Assembly: GCA_965215335.1 (NCBI GenBank)
Contig: CBDCDA010000001.1
Location: 1,792,001 to 1,856,000 of the forward strand
Direction of reading: 5' to 3'
DNA length: 64,000 bases
From: an uncultured Candidatus Entotheonella sp.
GTDB taxonomy: Bacteria; Tectomicrobia; Entotheonellia; Entotheonellales; Entotheonellaceae
Shown here in pieces: positions 50,580 through 61,266 of the stretch. The translations under genes were made by a program, and so were the position numbers. Position 1 is the first letter of the stretch. Every line of letters begins with the position of its first letter. The notes under the pieces are model-generated. The model saw nothing but the letters and a program-made list of their open reading frames with translations. It was not told where the DNA came from and ran no database searches.

Positions 50580-53306
50580 TTACGGTTCTTGCCTGTCCGT
50601 CGTCAGGCCACGTTGCGGGTTATAGCTGAGCCGGACGGCCGCTGGCGTGTCGCCTCCAGAAATTGCCGTTCCAGACCAGATCTGATCGCCGCCCTCGGAT
50701 TCCTCAAGCAGCACCAGAATCTTGTCCGCATCGAATCGCGTCCAGTCCTTCTTTGCGGTCTGGGCAGCGGCGTCATGCTCAGGCGGTATGACTTCGCCGC
50801 CGACACGCCGCGCGGTCATGTTCACCTCGCTGAGCCGCCACGCCCGCCATGGTTCGTCCGCCTCGGCGCGGGGCGCGTAAGGTTCGATACGACCATCGCG
50901 AACCCGTGCGAGCCGCAGCATGACTTGCGGGTCGTCAACAAGCCGGGTCGGCGTGCGCACGTCGTGGTCCCAGGCACCGCCGTCCCGTACGTAACCCATG
51001 GCGAGGTCGAGCACGTTGGTATTGGCCACCCCGCGCTCGGCGCCCGCTCTGCCCTCTGCGTCGAAGAAGCTACCCAACAATGCTTTCGGAACATCTGCCT
51101 CGACACCATCGCCGTAAACGGCTTCAACGAGCGCCCGCAGTCCGCCGGGGCTTGCGATGCCGCCGGTGTCCGCCAGCGCTTTAGCCGTGAGCCAGAGGCG
51201 CGCGTGATCCTTGTAGACATGCGCCGCGCGCGGAAAAGCCCGGCTGAACCATTCCGCGTCCGCGTCGGCGACGGGTTCCGGGCCCACCACAAGCAATTCC
51301 GGCCGGCCTTGGCGTTCAGGACGGTAGTGCCGCCACAGCCTGCCCGCACGCTGGACCAATAGATCGATCGGCGCCAGATCGGTGATCAGCGCATCGAAGT
51401 CCAGATCCAGCGATTGCTCGACCACCTGCGTGGCGATCAGCACCTTGCCGGCTCGCTGTGCGGAGGTCGTACCAGCGGGCTTGCCGAACGTCGCGACCAC
51501 TCGTTTTTCGATTTGCAGACGGTCGACAAGCGCGAAACGGGCGTGAAAGACATCGGCATCGAGCCCTCTGGCCGTCAATGCCGCGTGGGCCTCGAGCGCG
51601 TCATCGACCGTGTTGCGGATGTAGAGCACGGCCCGGCCACTGCCGGACGCCTGTTCAACCTCGGTCAACGCCTCCTCGATGGTGCGGAGGAAGCGTACCG
51701 GAAGCGTACGCGCCCGCCCGGACTGTCCGGGAACCTTCGTGGATGCCCGGACGCTGGTCCCGCAAACCGTGGCCAGTGGGTAGTCCATGTCGCCGTCGCC
51801 CAAGGGCTGTGTCGCCGCCTCGTTTCCCAGTCCTTTCGAGAAAGCGTCGGCCAGCCGCTTGCGGATCGACAGGGGAAGGGTGGCCGACAGCAGGATTGCA
51901 GAACCGCCCAACCCCGCCTGGAATTCGAGCAGCCTCTCGATCTCGCGCTGCATGTAGGCATCATAGGCATGCACCTCGTCAAGGATGAGGACACGGCGCA
52001 TGAGGCCCAGCAGCCGCAGGGATTGGTGCCGGCTGGGCAGAATCGACAACAGCGCCTGGTCCACCGTGCCGGCGCCCGCATCGGCCAGAAAGGCGCATCG
52101 CCTGTCGTCGGCGATCCAGGCCGCGCAGGCCGCTGAAGCGGTCGTTTCGGTTCCCGCATCCCGGCTCCCGGCATCCGAATAGGGCGATTCATCGCGCCCG
52201 GCCGCCAGCACCGCCGACCGGAAGCCGTCATGCATGTCGCGGGCGCCGTGAGCCAGGGCAATCGAGGGCAAAACGTCTGTCGCGAACAAATGCCGATAGG
52301 CGGCGGCGAGGCGGTCGAACATGGCGTTGGCCGTGGCCATGGTGGGCAGCGCCACGTAGAGGCCGTCCGCCCGGCCGGCCGCCATCAGCCTTTGAGCGAG
52401 CATCAGGGCCGCCTCCGTCTTGCCGCTGCCCGTTTCGTCTTCGATCATGTACAGCGCCGGACCGTCCGGCAGCTCGACGGATTTGGCCCAATCCTGCATC
52501 GGCGTCGGGGTCGCATCGGCGCCAATCAAGGCGCCGTAGTCAAGATGACCGCTGCTGTCGGCAGGCAGGACGCCAGCCTTTTCGACGGCGTGCTCCGCTT
52601 GCTTCCGGGTATGACGCCAGTATGCCTCGAAGTCTCGAGCCGGTTCGCGATACGGAAACCATTCCTGGTTGGAACCGATCCAGTCCGCCAGCACGGCAAG
52701 GCCGGCGAGAGCGAAAGACGCACGCCGAACACGCTTGCGTTCGAGCGGTGGCAATGCCTGGGGTAATGCGAACAGGTCGCGTGCCTGCTGGATGAACATG
52801 CGGGCAGCTTCGATACCTGCCTTGCCGAAGTCGGGCCGTAAGACGAGGCTCTCACCAAGACCCGGCTGCGGCGGGGCGCCGTGATGGCCGACCACCGCCG
52901 AGACCAGGGGGCGCCAGACACGACGGCCCGGACCGCTGGGCAAACGGAAAACACCATCATCGGCATCGAACAGGCGTAGCCCTCCGGCGCCGTGGTCGTA
53001 GCGGTCCGGAACAGAGGCGGGGTCGTCACCCAAACAGTCGGGGTACAGTGCCGGCACCTTTGCCTGGAATTTCCTGGCAAACTTGCCGACGTCGTGCAGA
53101 CACAGGAGGAAGCAGACGACGGAAACGGTTTCTTCGCTCGGCAGGCCCAGCAAGCCGGACAGGCTTTGTCGCAGGCCGCGATGCCGGGTCAGCAGCGCCT
53201 CGCCGACCGCGGCGACGTCGAGACAGTGGTAGGGCAGCGGGTGCCATTGCGGGCCGTGGCCAGGTTCAAGGGGCTGCGCCTTGCCCCAGAATGAGAGCGC
53301 AGTCAT
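50580..53306 (-). CDS. cas3: Cas3 HD nuclease/helicase
   Basis: YHCLDVAAV, LHDVGK and LADW.GS (HD domain); TGSGKTE, DEVH, LSAT, ATQVVEQSLD and QRAGRL.RH (SF2 helicase). Confidence 0.96.
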   Translation of the reverse strand: MTALSFWGKAQPLEPGHGPQWHPLPYHCLDVAAVGEALLTRHRGLRQSLSGLLGLPSEETVSVVCFLLCLHDVGKFARKFQAKVPALYPDCLGDDPASVPDRYDHGAGGLRLFDADDGVFRLPSGPGRRVWRPLVSAVVGHHGAPPQPGLGESLVLRPDFGKAGIEAARMFIQQARDLFALPQALPPLERKRVRRASFALAGLAVLADWIGSNQEWFPYREPARDFEAYWRHTRKQAEHAVEKAGVLPADSSGHLDYGALIGADATPTPMQDWAKSVELPDGPALYMIEDETGSGKTEAALMLAQRLMAAGRADGLYVALPTMATANAMFDRLAAAYRHLFATDVLPSIALAHGARDMHDGFRSAVLAAGRDESPYSDAGSRDAGTETTASAACAAWIADDRRCAFLADAGAGTVDQALLSILPSRHQSLRLLGLMRRVLILDEVHAYDAYMQREIERLLEFQAGLGGSAILLSATLPLSIRKRLADAFSKGLGNEAATQPLGDGDMDYPLATVCGTSVRASTKVPGQSGRARTLPVRFLRTIEEALTEVEQASGSGRAVLYIRNTVDDALEAHAALTARGLDADVFHARFALVDRLQIEKRVVATFGKPAGTTSAQRAGKVLIATQVVEQSLDLDFDALITDLAPIDLLVQRAGRLWRHYRPERQGRPELLVVGPEPVADADAEWFSRAFPRAAHVYKDHARLWLTAKALADTGGIASPGGLRALVEAVYGDGVEADVPKALLGSFFDAEGRAGAERGVANTNVLDLAMGYVRDGGAWDHDVRTPTRLVDDPQVMLRLARVRDGRIEPYAPRAEADEPWRAWRLSEVNMTARRVGGEVIPPEHDAAAQTAKKDWTRFDADKILVLLEESEGGDQIWSGTAISGGDTPAAVRLSYNPQRGLTTDRQEP

Positions 53307-53378
53307 GGCGATGTCGCTCCGTTGATCCGACGCTTGCAGTGGGAAGCGCTTCTCACAGCCCCTGCACCGTGTCACAAC

Positions 53379-54434
53379 CTACAGATCCAGCGCGATGGAA
53401 AAGTCCGGGATGCCTTCCCAGCGGCCGGGGTTGGTGGCGCGCATGACGGCGAGGGTCTTGATGACCTCGGGGTTGGCAAGGCCGTGCGGACGTTTGCCGG
53501 TGAGGACGTTGATGACGTTCTCGGCCTGCTTGCGCGGGCATTCGTCGAGGAAGGTGGGAGAGAAGCCGGCGAGGTGGGGCGTGATCACCAGGTTGGGCAC
53601 CTCGAGCAACGGGTTGTCGTGCTCGATGGGCTCGATCTCGGTGACGTCGATGGCGGCGGATTCGATCTGGCCTTCCTGCAGGGCGGCGAGCAGGGCCTTC
53701 TGATCGATCAGCGGCCCGCGCGAACAGTTCACCAGAATGGCGGTAGGCTTCATCTGCGCAAAGAGATCGGCATTGAACAGGTGATAGTTCTGGCTCGTGG
53801 CCGAGCTGTGGATGGAGATGTAATCCGAGATGCGCGCCAGTTCTTCGAGGCTGACGAGCCGAACGCCGTACAGGTCGGCGGACGACTGCGGCACGAACGG
53901 GTCGTAGGCGACGATCTGCGCCGGGCCGAAGCCGCGGACGCGCAGGGCGAAGGCGCGCCCGATGTTGCCGAAGCCGACGATGCCGACGGTGTGCCCGCCG
54001 ATACGGCGCACGGACTGCTGGAACTCGCTGATCAGCGGCGGGTTGTCGCTCCACTGGCCCTGCCGCGTGGCGGTGATGGTTTCGTAGAGCCGGCGCGTCA
54101 TGGCCAGCAGCATGGCGACGGCGTGGTCGGCCACCTCGGCGGTATTGACGCCGGGCACGTTGCAGGCGAGGACGCCCAGCTCGGTGGCCGCCGGCAGGTC
54201 GATGGAATCGACGCCGACACCCATGCGCGACACCACCTTCAGCCTGGTGCAGGCTTCCATCACCTCGCGGCTGGTATCCGGGCGCGTATTGACCAGGGCG
54301 CCGTCGGCGTCGCGCAGCAGGTCGATCATCTCCCCGGTGGTGCGCGCGGTTCCTTCAACGGTTTCGATCTCCGCTTTTTCGAACAGGTCAAAGCGGTTGT
54401 ATTTGTTGGCCATCAAGGCGACTTTCAGGGGCAT
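53379..54434 (-). CDS. D-2-hydroxyacid dehydrogenase family (SerA/CtBP-like)
   Basis: GVGVD.ID, EVADH, GIVGFGNIG, VNCSRG, DV...EP and TPHLAG. Confidence 0.9.
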   Translation of the reverse strand: MPLKVALMANKYNRFDLFEKAEIETVEGTARTTGEMIDLLRDADGALVNTRPDTSREVMEACTRLKVVSRMGVGVDSIDLPAATELGVLACNVPGVNTAEVADHAVAMLLAMTRRLYETITATRQGQWSDNPPLISEFQQSVRRIGGHTVGIVGFGNIGRAFALRVRGFGPAQIVAYDPFVPQSSADLYGVRLVSLEELARISDYISIHSSATSQNYHLFNADLFAQMKPTAILVNCSRGPLIDQKALLAALQEGQIESAAIDVTEIEPIEHDNPLLEVPNLVITPHLAGFSPTFLDECPRKQAENVINVLTGKRPHGLANPEVIKTLAVMRATNPGRWEGIPDFSIALDL

Positions 54435-54483
54435 CGCGGTACTCCATGCGCGTGAGACAGCAAAACGATGGTGGCAGTGTCGA

Positions 54484-54894
54484 TTACGCGGACTGGATGA
54501 ACTCGACCCAATTGCCGTCGGGGTCCTCGACCATGGCGATGACGACGCCGGGGCGCACCTCTCTGCGTGGCCAGACGACCTTGTGCCCCGCGGCGGTGAT
54601 GGCGTCCAATACCTCGTCGAGGTTGCCGATCGTCATCGTCCAATAGCGATAGCCGGTGCCGCCGGGGATGCCGTCGGGCGCTGCGGGCCTGCCGGGGTCC
54701 GTCACCGGCACGACGATCTTGATCAGGCTGTTGCCGAACCACAGCCGGTGCATGGTCTTGATGCCGACGTGCTCCATGTGGATGTCGCCCTCGTGCCGGA
54801 AGCCGAGCACGTCCCGGTAAAACGTCAGCATGGCATCGCCCTTGGTGGTGACGATGCCCAGGTCGATCGCGTCTTTCACGACGTTGACGCCCAT
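54484..54894 (-). CDS. VOC/glyoxalase family protein
   Basis: FYRDVLGF and DPDGNWVEF; GGAG RBS. Confidence 0.85.
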   Translation of the reverse strand: MGVNVVKDAIDLGIVTTKGDAMLTFYRDVLGFRHEGDIHMEHVGIKTMHRLWFGNSLIKIVVPVTDPGRPAAPDGIPGGTGYRYWTMTIGNLDEVLDAITAAGHKVVWPRREVRPGVVIAMVEDPDGNWVEFIQSA

Positions 54895-55065
54895 GAATGT
54901 TTCTCCTTTGCTTGGGGAACTGGCTGGTCACGACGGCACACTAAACCACATTTTGGCGGTGGCGTCCACAGCGGTGCCCCGCTCCGCGGGCGGTGGAGAC
55001 GCCAGGCCCGCTGTGTTATCGTGGCCGCAGCACCCACCGCCTACCCGCATCATTAAGGGGACATC

Positions 55066-56772
55066 ATGCAATACGACCTCATCATTCGAAACGGCACCGT
55101 CGTCGACGGTGCCGGCATGCCGCGCTACCGCGCCGACGTGGGCATCGTGCACGGGCAGATCGCCGCCATCGGCAGGATCGATGCCGCCGCCAAGGAGACC
55201 CTGGACGCCGAGGGGCACGTGGTGGCGCCCGGCTTCGTCGACGGGCATACCCACATGGACGCCCAGGTCAATTGGGACCCGCTCGGCACCTGCTCCTGCT
55301 GGCACGGCGTGACCAGCGTGGTGATGGGCAACTGCGGCTTCTCCCTTGCCCCCTGCTCCGAGGCGCACAACGACCTGGTCATGCGCAACCTCGAACGCGC
55401 CGAGGACATCTCGCCGCAAGCCATGGCCGCGGGCATCAAGTGGACGTGGGAAACCTTCCCGGAATACCTCGACACCGTGGACCGGCTGCCCAAGGGCATC
55501 AATTACGCGGCCTACATCGGCCACTCGGCCCTGCGCACCTACGTCATGGGCGAGCGGGCTTTCGACGAGGCGGCCACCCCCGAGGACATCGACCACATGC
55601 AGCGCCACGTGCGCGACGCCATCCGCGCCGGCGCCATGGGCTTCACCACCTCCCGCAGCCACTCGCACCGCACCCCGAACGGGCAGCCGGTAGCCAGCCG
55701 GCTGGCCGCCTGGGACGAGGTGCGATATCTCGTCGGCGCCATGGGCGAGATGGGTGCCGGGGTGTTCGAGATCGCCAACGAGAATCCCAAGACGCCCGAG
55801 GATTTGCAGGAGTACCTGGCACGCCTGCGCGACCTCGCCGTCGATACCGGCGTGCCCATCACCTACGGGCAGTTCGGTCGCCGCAACGGCCCGCAAACGT
55901 GGCGTTCGTTCCTGGCGATGGCGGACGAGACCGCGGAGGCGGGCGGCAGGATGTTCATCCAGGTACACAGCCGGGCGCTCAATCTGGTGCTGTCGTTCGA
56001 GACCCACATGCCGTACGACAAGCTGCCGGTGTGGCGCGACGTACGCCAGCTTTCCCTCAGCGAGCAGGAGGCGGCGCTGCGCGACCCCGACGTGCGCCGC
56101 AGGCTCGTCGCGGCGGCCCACGGGCAGGCGGATGACGGCGGCCACGGCGTCGGCCCCGAGGCGCGGTCGGCGAATTATGACTACCTGTTCGTCATGAACA
56201 GCGGCCTGACGCCGCATCGCTCGGTGGCGGAGGTGGCGCGGGAGCGCAATCAGGACCCGGTGGAGGCGGTGATGGACCTGGCGCTGGAAAAGGGCATGAA
56301 GCAGTGCTTCCTGCAGCCCATCGCCAACGAGAACGAGGCTCACGCCCTCGAAATGATCCGGCACCCGCGCACCGTGGTCACCTTTTCGGACTCCGGCGCC
56401 CACGTGTCGCAGATCATGGACGCCTCGTTGCAAACCCACCTGCTGGGCTACTGGGTGCGGGAGCGCCAGGAACTGACCCTTGAAGAGGCGGTGCGGCAAC
56501 TGACGTTCGTGCCCGCTTCGTACTGGGGCATGCACAATCGCGGCCTGCTGCGCACGGGTTATGCGGCGGACGTGGTGGTGTTCGATCCCGAAACGATCGC
56601 GCCGATGCTGCCGGAGGTGGTGCACGACCTGCCCGCCGGGGCGCGGCGGCTGAAACAGAAATCGGTCGGCATCAAGGCCACGGTGGTGAACGGCGAGGTG
56701 CTGATGCGCGACAACGAGCACACCGGCGCCCTGTCCGGCCAGTTGATCCGCGGCCCCCTGGCGCGGGCGTAA
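55066..56772 (+). CDS. N-acyl-D-amino-acid deacylase family amidohydrolase
   Basis: YDLIIRNGTVVDG, PGFVDGHTHMD, MGNCG, SDSGAH and ADVVVFDP. Confidence 0.9.
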   Translation: MQYDLIIRNGTVVDGAGMPRYRADVGIVHGQIAAIGRIDAAAKETLDAEGHVVAPGFVDGHTHMDAQVNWDPLGTCSCWHGVTSVVMGNCGFSLAPCSEAHNDLVMRNLERAEDISPQAMAAGIKWTWETFPEYLDTVDRLPKGINYAAYIGHSALRTYVMGERAFDEAATPEDIDHMQRHVRDAIRAGAMGFTTSRSHSHRTPNGQPVASRLAAWDEVRYLVGAMGEMGAGVFEIANENPKTPEDLQEYLARLRDLAVDTGVPITYGQFGRRNGPQTWRSFLAMADETAEAGGRMFIQVHSRALNLVLSFETHMPYDKLPVWRDVRQLSLSEQEAALRDPDVRRRLVAAAHGQADDGGHGVGPEARSANYDYLFVMNSGLTPHRSVAEVARERNQDPVEAVMDLALEKGMKQCFLQPIANENEAHALEMIRHPRTVVTFSDSGAHVSQIMDASLQTHLLGYWVRERQELTLEEAVRQLTFVPASYWGMHNRGLLRTGYAADVVVFDPETIAPMLPEVVHDLPAGARRLKQKSVGIKATVVNGEVLMRDNEHTGALSGQLIRGPLARA

Positions 56773-56863
56773 TCCTGCCTGTCATCCTGTCCCGTTTGGG
56801 GAAAGTCCTGATCAAGTCCGTCGATTTGGCCCTTCGTGATCGACGGAAGACAAAGGAGCGAGT

Positions 56864-58105
56864 ATGTCGCAACAGACACCGCGGAGCCGCTGGCAATGGC
56901 TGGCGATTGCCGTGCTGGCCGCCGGTCTGCTTTACGTCGGCTGGCAAAGTCAGAGCGATGCGGCACGTACCCGGGACGCCGCGGAGCGTTTGGGGCGACT
57001 GCAAAACCAGTTGCGCACGGCCATTACGGAACAGCAGGAGGTCACGCAACGCCTCGTTCAGGTCGTACAGCAGGTCGACGCCGCGGTGCAGGGTGTCGAG
57101 GAGGCAAAAACCACCCTGGGCACCCTGCAGCAGGGCGTGGAGGAACGTCTGACGGCGTTGCAAAACCAGTTGGAACCCACCATCGCCGGTCGGCAGGCAG
57201 ACGCCCGGCGGTTGGGTCAGCTTGAAGATCAAGTGTTCACGGCCATTACCCGGCAGCAGGCAGCCACCCAGCGCCTGACCGAGCTCGCCGGAGAAGTCGA
57301 CTCCGTCACGCAGGACCTGCGTGAGGCCCGCTCCGAGCTGGATGCGGTACGGGAAGAAATCGCGGCGCTGGCCACTGCCCCGCCACCCGGCGCTGCGGCC
57401 GACGCCGCCGGGCCGCCCCAGACCTGGACGAACAGCCTGGGCATGGCGTTTGTGCTGATCCCGGCTGGCTCGTTTGACATGGGATCGGACAACGGCGACG
57501 CCGACGAGCAGCCCGTGCACCCGGTCATCATCGGCAAGACCTTCTATATCGGTCAGTTCGAGGTGACCCAGGCGCAGTGGCACGCGGTGATGCAGAGCGA
57601 CCCCAGCCGGTTCACCGGCGATCCCGACCGACCGGTCGATAGCGTCTCCTGGAACGATGCGCGGGAATTCATCGCCAAGCTGAACGCCATGGAGCCGGAC
57701 GCGACGTATCGCCTGGCCACCGAGGCCGAGTGGGAACACGCGGCGCGCGCCGGCTCCGCTGCGGCCTACGCCTTCGGCGACGACACGGCCCACCTCGACG
57801 CTCATGCCTGGCATGCCGGCAACGCCGGCAACACCAGCCACCCGGTGGGCCAGAAGCAACCGAACGCGTGGGGTGTGCACGCCATGCACGGCAGCGTCTG
57901 GGAGTGGGTGCAGGATCGTTACGGCCCCTACCCATCGGAAGCCGCCACCGAGTCCCCCGGCCGGCCTCCCGGCGCCCGGCGCGTCCTGCGCGGCGGCAGC
58001 TGGCTCTCCCCCGCCGAGGATTGCCGCGCCGCCTCCCGCAGCCACGCCCACCCCGCCTTCCGCGGCGCCCACGTCGGCTTCCGCCTTGTCCGTACGATCC
58101 CGTAA
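56864..58105 (+). CDS. Membrane-anchored coiled-coil protein with C-terminal FGE-sulfatase (SUMF1-like) domain
   Basis: N-terminal TM segment and heptad region, then NSLGM.FVLIPAG.F.MGS, EVTQ.QW, RL.TEAEWE.AAR, PN.WG, RV.RGGSW and GFRL. Confidence 0.88.
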   Translation: MSQQTPRSRWQWLAIAVLAAGLLYVGWQSQSDAARTRDAAERLGRLQNQLRTAITEQQEVTQRLVQVVQQVDAAVQGVEEAKTTLGTLQQGVEERLTALQNQLEPTIAGRQADARRLGQLEDQVFTAITRQQAATQRLTELAGEVDSVTQDLREARSELDAVREEIAALATAPPPGAAADAAGPPQTWTNSLGMAFVLIPAGSFDMGSDNGDADEQPVHPVIIGKTFYIGQFEVTQAQWHAVMQSDPSRFTGDPDRPVDSVSWNDAREFIAKLNAMEPDATYRLATEAEWEHAARAGSAAAYAFGDDTAHLDAHAWHAGNAGNTSHPVGQKQPNAWGVHAMHGSVWEWVQDRYGPYPSEAATESPGRPPGARRVLRGGSWLSPAEDCRAASRSHAHPAFRGAHVGFRLVRTIP

Positions 58106-58226
58106 AGCATTTCCGCGTCGAAGGAACTGATTGCGCCATCTCTCTTCAAGGGCTTCCCGCAGCCGGAGGGCAAGGATCGAGAACAAAGCCGCCCGCGAGG
58201 CGTAACGTCACTTATTCCAGCGGTCC

Positions 58227-61214
58227 TTAGAAACCTTCCAGCTGGGACAGGTCCGCGATGCCGTTGGACAGGCTTGAGATGCCCTGCAGCAGGGCCAGGC
58301 GGTTGTCGCGACGGGCGGGGTTTTCGTCCATGACGAGGACGTCGAGGAAGAAGGTGGTGATGACGGGTTCCAGTTCGCGCAGGGTGGTGATGAAGTGGGT
58401 GACGCTGCCGCTGCCGTCGAGGGCAGCGGCGGCGGACTGGTAGGCGTCGCATAGCGCCTTTTCCGCCGGCAGGCGGAAATCATCAGGACGCAGGGGCAAG
58501 GTCTCGGCGAGCGAACGGGTGATGCGGACGCAGCGGGAATAGGCGGCGAGCAGGGTGGGCCAATCAGCGGCGGCGAGGGCGTCGTTCAACTCGTGGGCGG
58601 CTTGACTGGCGGCGTAAGGGCTGTGGCCCTGGACGGCGAGGACGGCCTTGACGACGGACGCGGGGTAGCCGCGGTCGCGCAGGACGCCTTCGAGGCGGCC
58701 GATGATGAATTGCAAGACCGCCCCTTGGGTAGCACCATCGCGGGAAACCGGCAGCAAGGGCGCGGCGAGGTTCAACAGGCGGCGCAGATCGCACGAGGTG
58801 CGGTTGGCGATCAGGGTTTCGATGACGCCCAGGGCGGCGCGGCGCAGTGCAAAGGGGTCATTGGAGCCGCGCGGGGCCAGGCCGGCGGCGAAGAGCCCGA
58901 GCAGACTGTCGCAGCGGTCGGCGAGAGCGAGGGCAAGCCCCGCCGGAGTGGTGCTGACCGGCTGGTACTGCTCGCCCAAGGCGGCGGTGACGGCGTCGGA
59001 TTCGCCGCTCAAGCGGGCGTAATGGGCGCCCATCGTCCCCTGCAGGGCGGTCATCTCGACCACCATGCTGGTCGCCAGATCGGCCTTGGAGAGGGCCGCA
59101 GCGCGCGCTGCGGCCGCGCTATCGGATTCGCTGAGGCCCAGTAATTCCGCCACTTGCGGCGTGAGGCGTTCGAGACGATGCACCTTGTCGAGCATGGAGC
59201 CGAGGTCAATCTGGAACGTCAGGGTCTGCAACCGGGGGAGAAACGCGCTCAGCGCCTGCCGGGTATCCTTGCCGTAGAAGTATTCCGCGTCGGCAAAGCG
59301 CGCCCGCAGCACGTGCTCGTTTCCGGCGGTCACGGTGCCGAGATGTTCCGCGTCACCGTTGCGCACGCCGATGAAGTGCGGTAGCAGGCTGCCGTCTTCG
59401 GCATAGACCGGGAAATACCGCTGGTGCTTCTTCATGACCGCCACGAGCACTTCGGGCGGCAGCGCCAGGAACCGCGCCTCGAAGCGCCCGCAGAACAGCG
59501 TCGGACGTTCAACGAGATGGGTCACTTCGTCCAGCAGATCCAGGTCCTCGTGCCACACGCCGCCGTGCTGCGCGGCCATTTCGGCGGCAGCGTCACGGAT
59601 CAACGAGCGGCGCGCCTCGGGGTCCGTGATCACGCCATGGGCCTGCATGACGGACGCATAGGTGCCGGCGTCGTCGATGACAATGGACGGCGAGCCGTAG
59701 GGTCGCAGGCCGCGGCTGCGGCACCCGCTGTCAATGCTCGCATAGCTCAACGGCACGTGCTGCGGGCCATGCAGGGCAAGCAGCCAGCGCAGCGGGCGGC
59801 TGTAGGCCAGATTGCTCGCGTTCCAGCGCATGCTGCGGTCGAACGTGATGCCGGCCAGACAGCCGGGCAGCGCCTCGCTGAGAACCTCGACCGCGGCCCG
59901 GCCCGTCTCGCGTACCACCGCGGCAACGGACCGCCGGCCCTGCGTCTCGACGATCTGCAGATCGTCCACCTCGACGCCCCTGCCACGCGCAAACCCCAGG
60001 GCGGCGGCGGTCGGCTGGCCGTCGGCGTCGAAAGCGCGGTCGGCTGGGGGGCCTTTGACGACGGTTTCCAGGTCCGTTTGCCGCGCGGCCAATCCTGAGA
60101 CCATGACCACCAGGCGCCGCGGCGTACCGTGTACCTGCAAGCTGTCGTACCCCAGCCGCAACTGCTCCAGCAGAGCCGGAAACGCGGCTTGCAACTGCTG
60201 TATCGCCGACGCCACGTCTGCCGGCGGCAGCTCCTCGCTGCCGATCTCCAGCACGAAGGGGCTCGCTTTGTCCGTGGGCGCCACCGCCGCGTTCTCGCCT
60301 GCCGGCGGCTCGGCGATAGCCGCCAGGCCGGCAGACGATTTGAGAAGCGGGTGGCCCAGCTGCTCGCGCTGGGCCACGTAGAGCGTCGAAATGTCCCGCG
60401 CCACGTTGCGCATGCGCCGGAAATAGTTCGCTCGCTCGGTCACCCCGATGGCGCCGCGCGTATCCAGTACGTTGAACAGGTGCGAACATTTCAGGTTGTA
60501 GTCGTGCGCCGGCACCGCCAGATTCGCCTCCAGGCAGCGCCTGGCCTCGCGTTCGTAGGTGTCGTACACGGCCTTGAGCGCATCCACGTCGGCGACTTCG
60601 AAGTAGTAATGGCAGTGCTCGATCTCGCTGCGCAGGAGGATGTCTTCGTAGGGGATGTCGGCGCCATAGTGCATCTGCCAGACGCTGGCGGCGCCCTGCA
60701 GGGCCAGCGCGATACGGTCCAGGCCGTAGGTGATCTCCACCGCCACGGGATCGAGCGTCAGGCTACCGGCCTGCTGAAAATAGGTGAATTGGGTGATTTC
60801 CTGGCCGTTGAGCCAGACCTCCCAGCCCAGACCCCAGGCGCCGAGGGCGGGGCTTTCCCAGTTGTCCTCGACGAACCTCACGTCGTGCTGCCGCAGGTCA
60901 ATGCCCAGGGCTTGCAGGCTGGCCAGATAGCGCTCCTGCGGGTCGCCGGGGTCCGGCTGCAGGATGACCTGTAATTGATGGTGCATCTGCAAACGGTTCG
61001 GGTTGTCGCCGAAACGGCCGTCGTCGGGTCGGATGCTGGGTTCGACGTATACCACGTTCCACGGCTCCGGGCCGAGAACGCGCAGAACCGTGGCGGGGTT
61101 CATGGTGCCGGCGCCGATCTGCACGTTATAGGGCTGCTGCACCAGGCATCCCTGGTCTTTCCAGTAGCCAAGCAACCGCAGAATGAGGTCCTGAAAGCTC
61201 GGGGACTGTGTCAT
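58227..61214 (-). CDS. glyQS: Glycine--tRNA ligase, fused alpha+beta chains
   Basis: Alpha motifs [19 protein letters not shown] and EITQFTYFQ are in frame with beta motifs [18 protein letters not shown]...MV.E, DPFALRR and NRL.LL. Confidence 0.93.
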   Translation of the reverse strand: MTQSPSFQDLILRLLGYWKDQGCLVQQPYNVQIGAGTMNPATVLRVLGPEPWNVVYVEPSIRPDDGRFGDNPNRLQMHHQLQVILQPDPGDPQERYLASLQALGIDLRQHDVRFVEDNWESPALGAWGLGWEVWLNGQEITQFTYFQQAGSLTLDPVAVEITYGLDRIALALQGAASVWQMHYGADIPYEDILLRSEIEHCHYYFEVADVDALKAVYDTYEREARRCLEANLAVPAHDYNLKCSHLFNVLDTRGAIGVTERANYFRRMRNVARDISTLYVAQREQLGHPLLKSSAGLAAIAEPPAGENAAVAPTDKASPFVLEIGSEELPPADVASAIQQLQAAFPALLEQLRLGYDSLQVHGTPRRLVVMVSGLAARQTDLETVVKGPPADRAFDADGQPTAAALGFARGRGVEVDDLQIVETQGRRSVAAVVRETGRAAVEVLSEALPGCLAGITFDRSMRWNASNLAYSRPLRWLLALHGPQHVPLSYASIDSGCRSRGLRPYGSPSIVIDDAGTYASVMQAHGVITDPEARRSLIRDAAAEMAAQHGGVWHEDLDLLDEVTHLVERPTLFCGRFEARFLALPPEVLVAVMKKHQRYFPVYAEDGSLLPHFIGVRNGDAEHLGTVTAGNEHVLRARFADAEYFYGKDTRQALSAFLPRLQTLTFQIDLGSMLDKVHRLERLTPQVAELLGLSESDSAAAARAAALSKADLATSMVVEMTALQGTMGAHYARLSGESDAVTAALGEQYQPVSTTPAGLALALADRCDSLLGLFAAGLAPRGSNDPFALRRAALGVIETLIANRTSCDLRRLLNLAAPLLPVSRDGATQGAVLQFIIGRLEGVLRDRGYPASVVKAVLAVQGHSPYAASQAAHELNDALAAADWPTLLAAYSRCVRITRSLAETLPLRPDDFRLPAEKALCDAYQSAAAALDGSGSVTHFITTLRELEPVITTFFLDVLVMDENPARRDNRLALLQGISSLSNGIADLSQLEGF

Positions 61215-61266
61215 GATTTCCTGATGTGTACGTGACGTATCGTGGCGGGCGGGCTTCTCAAGACCC

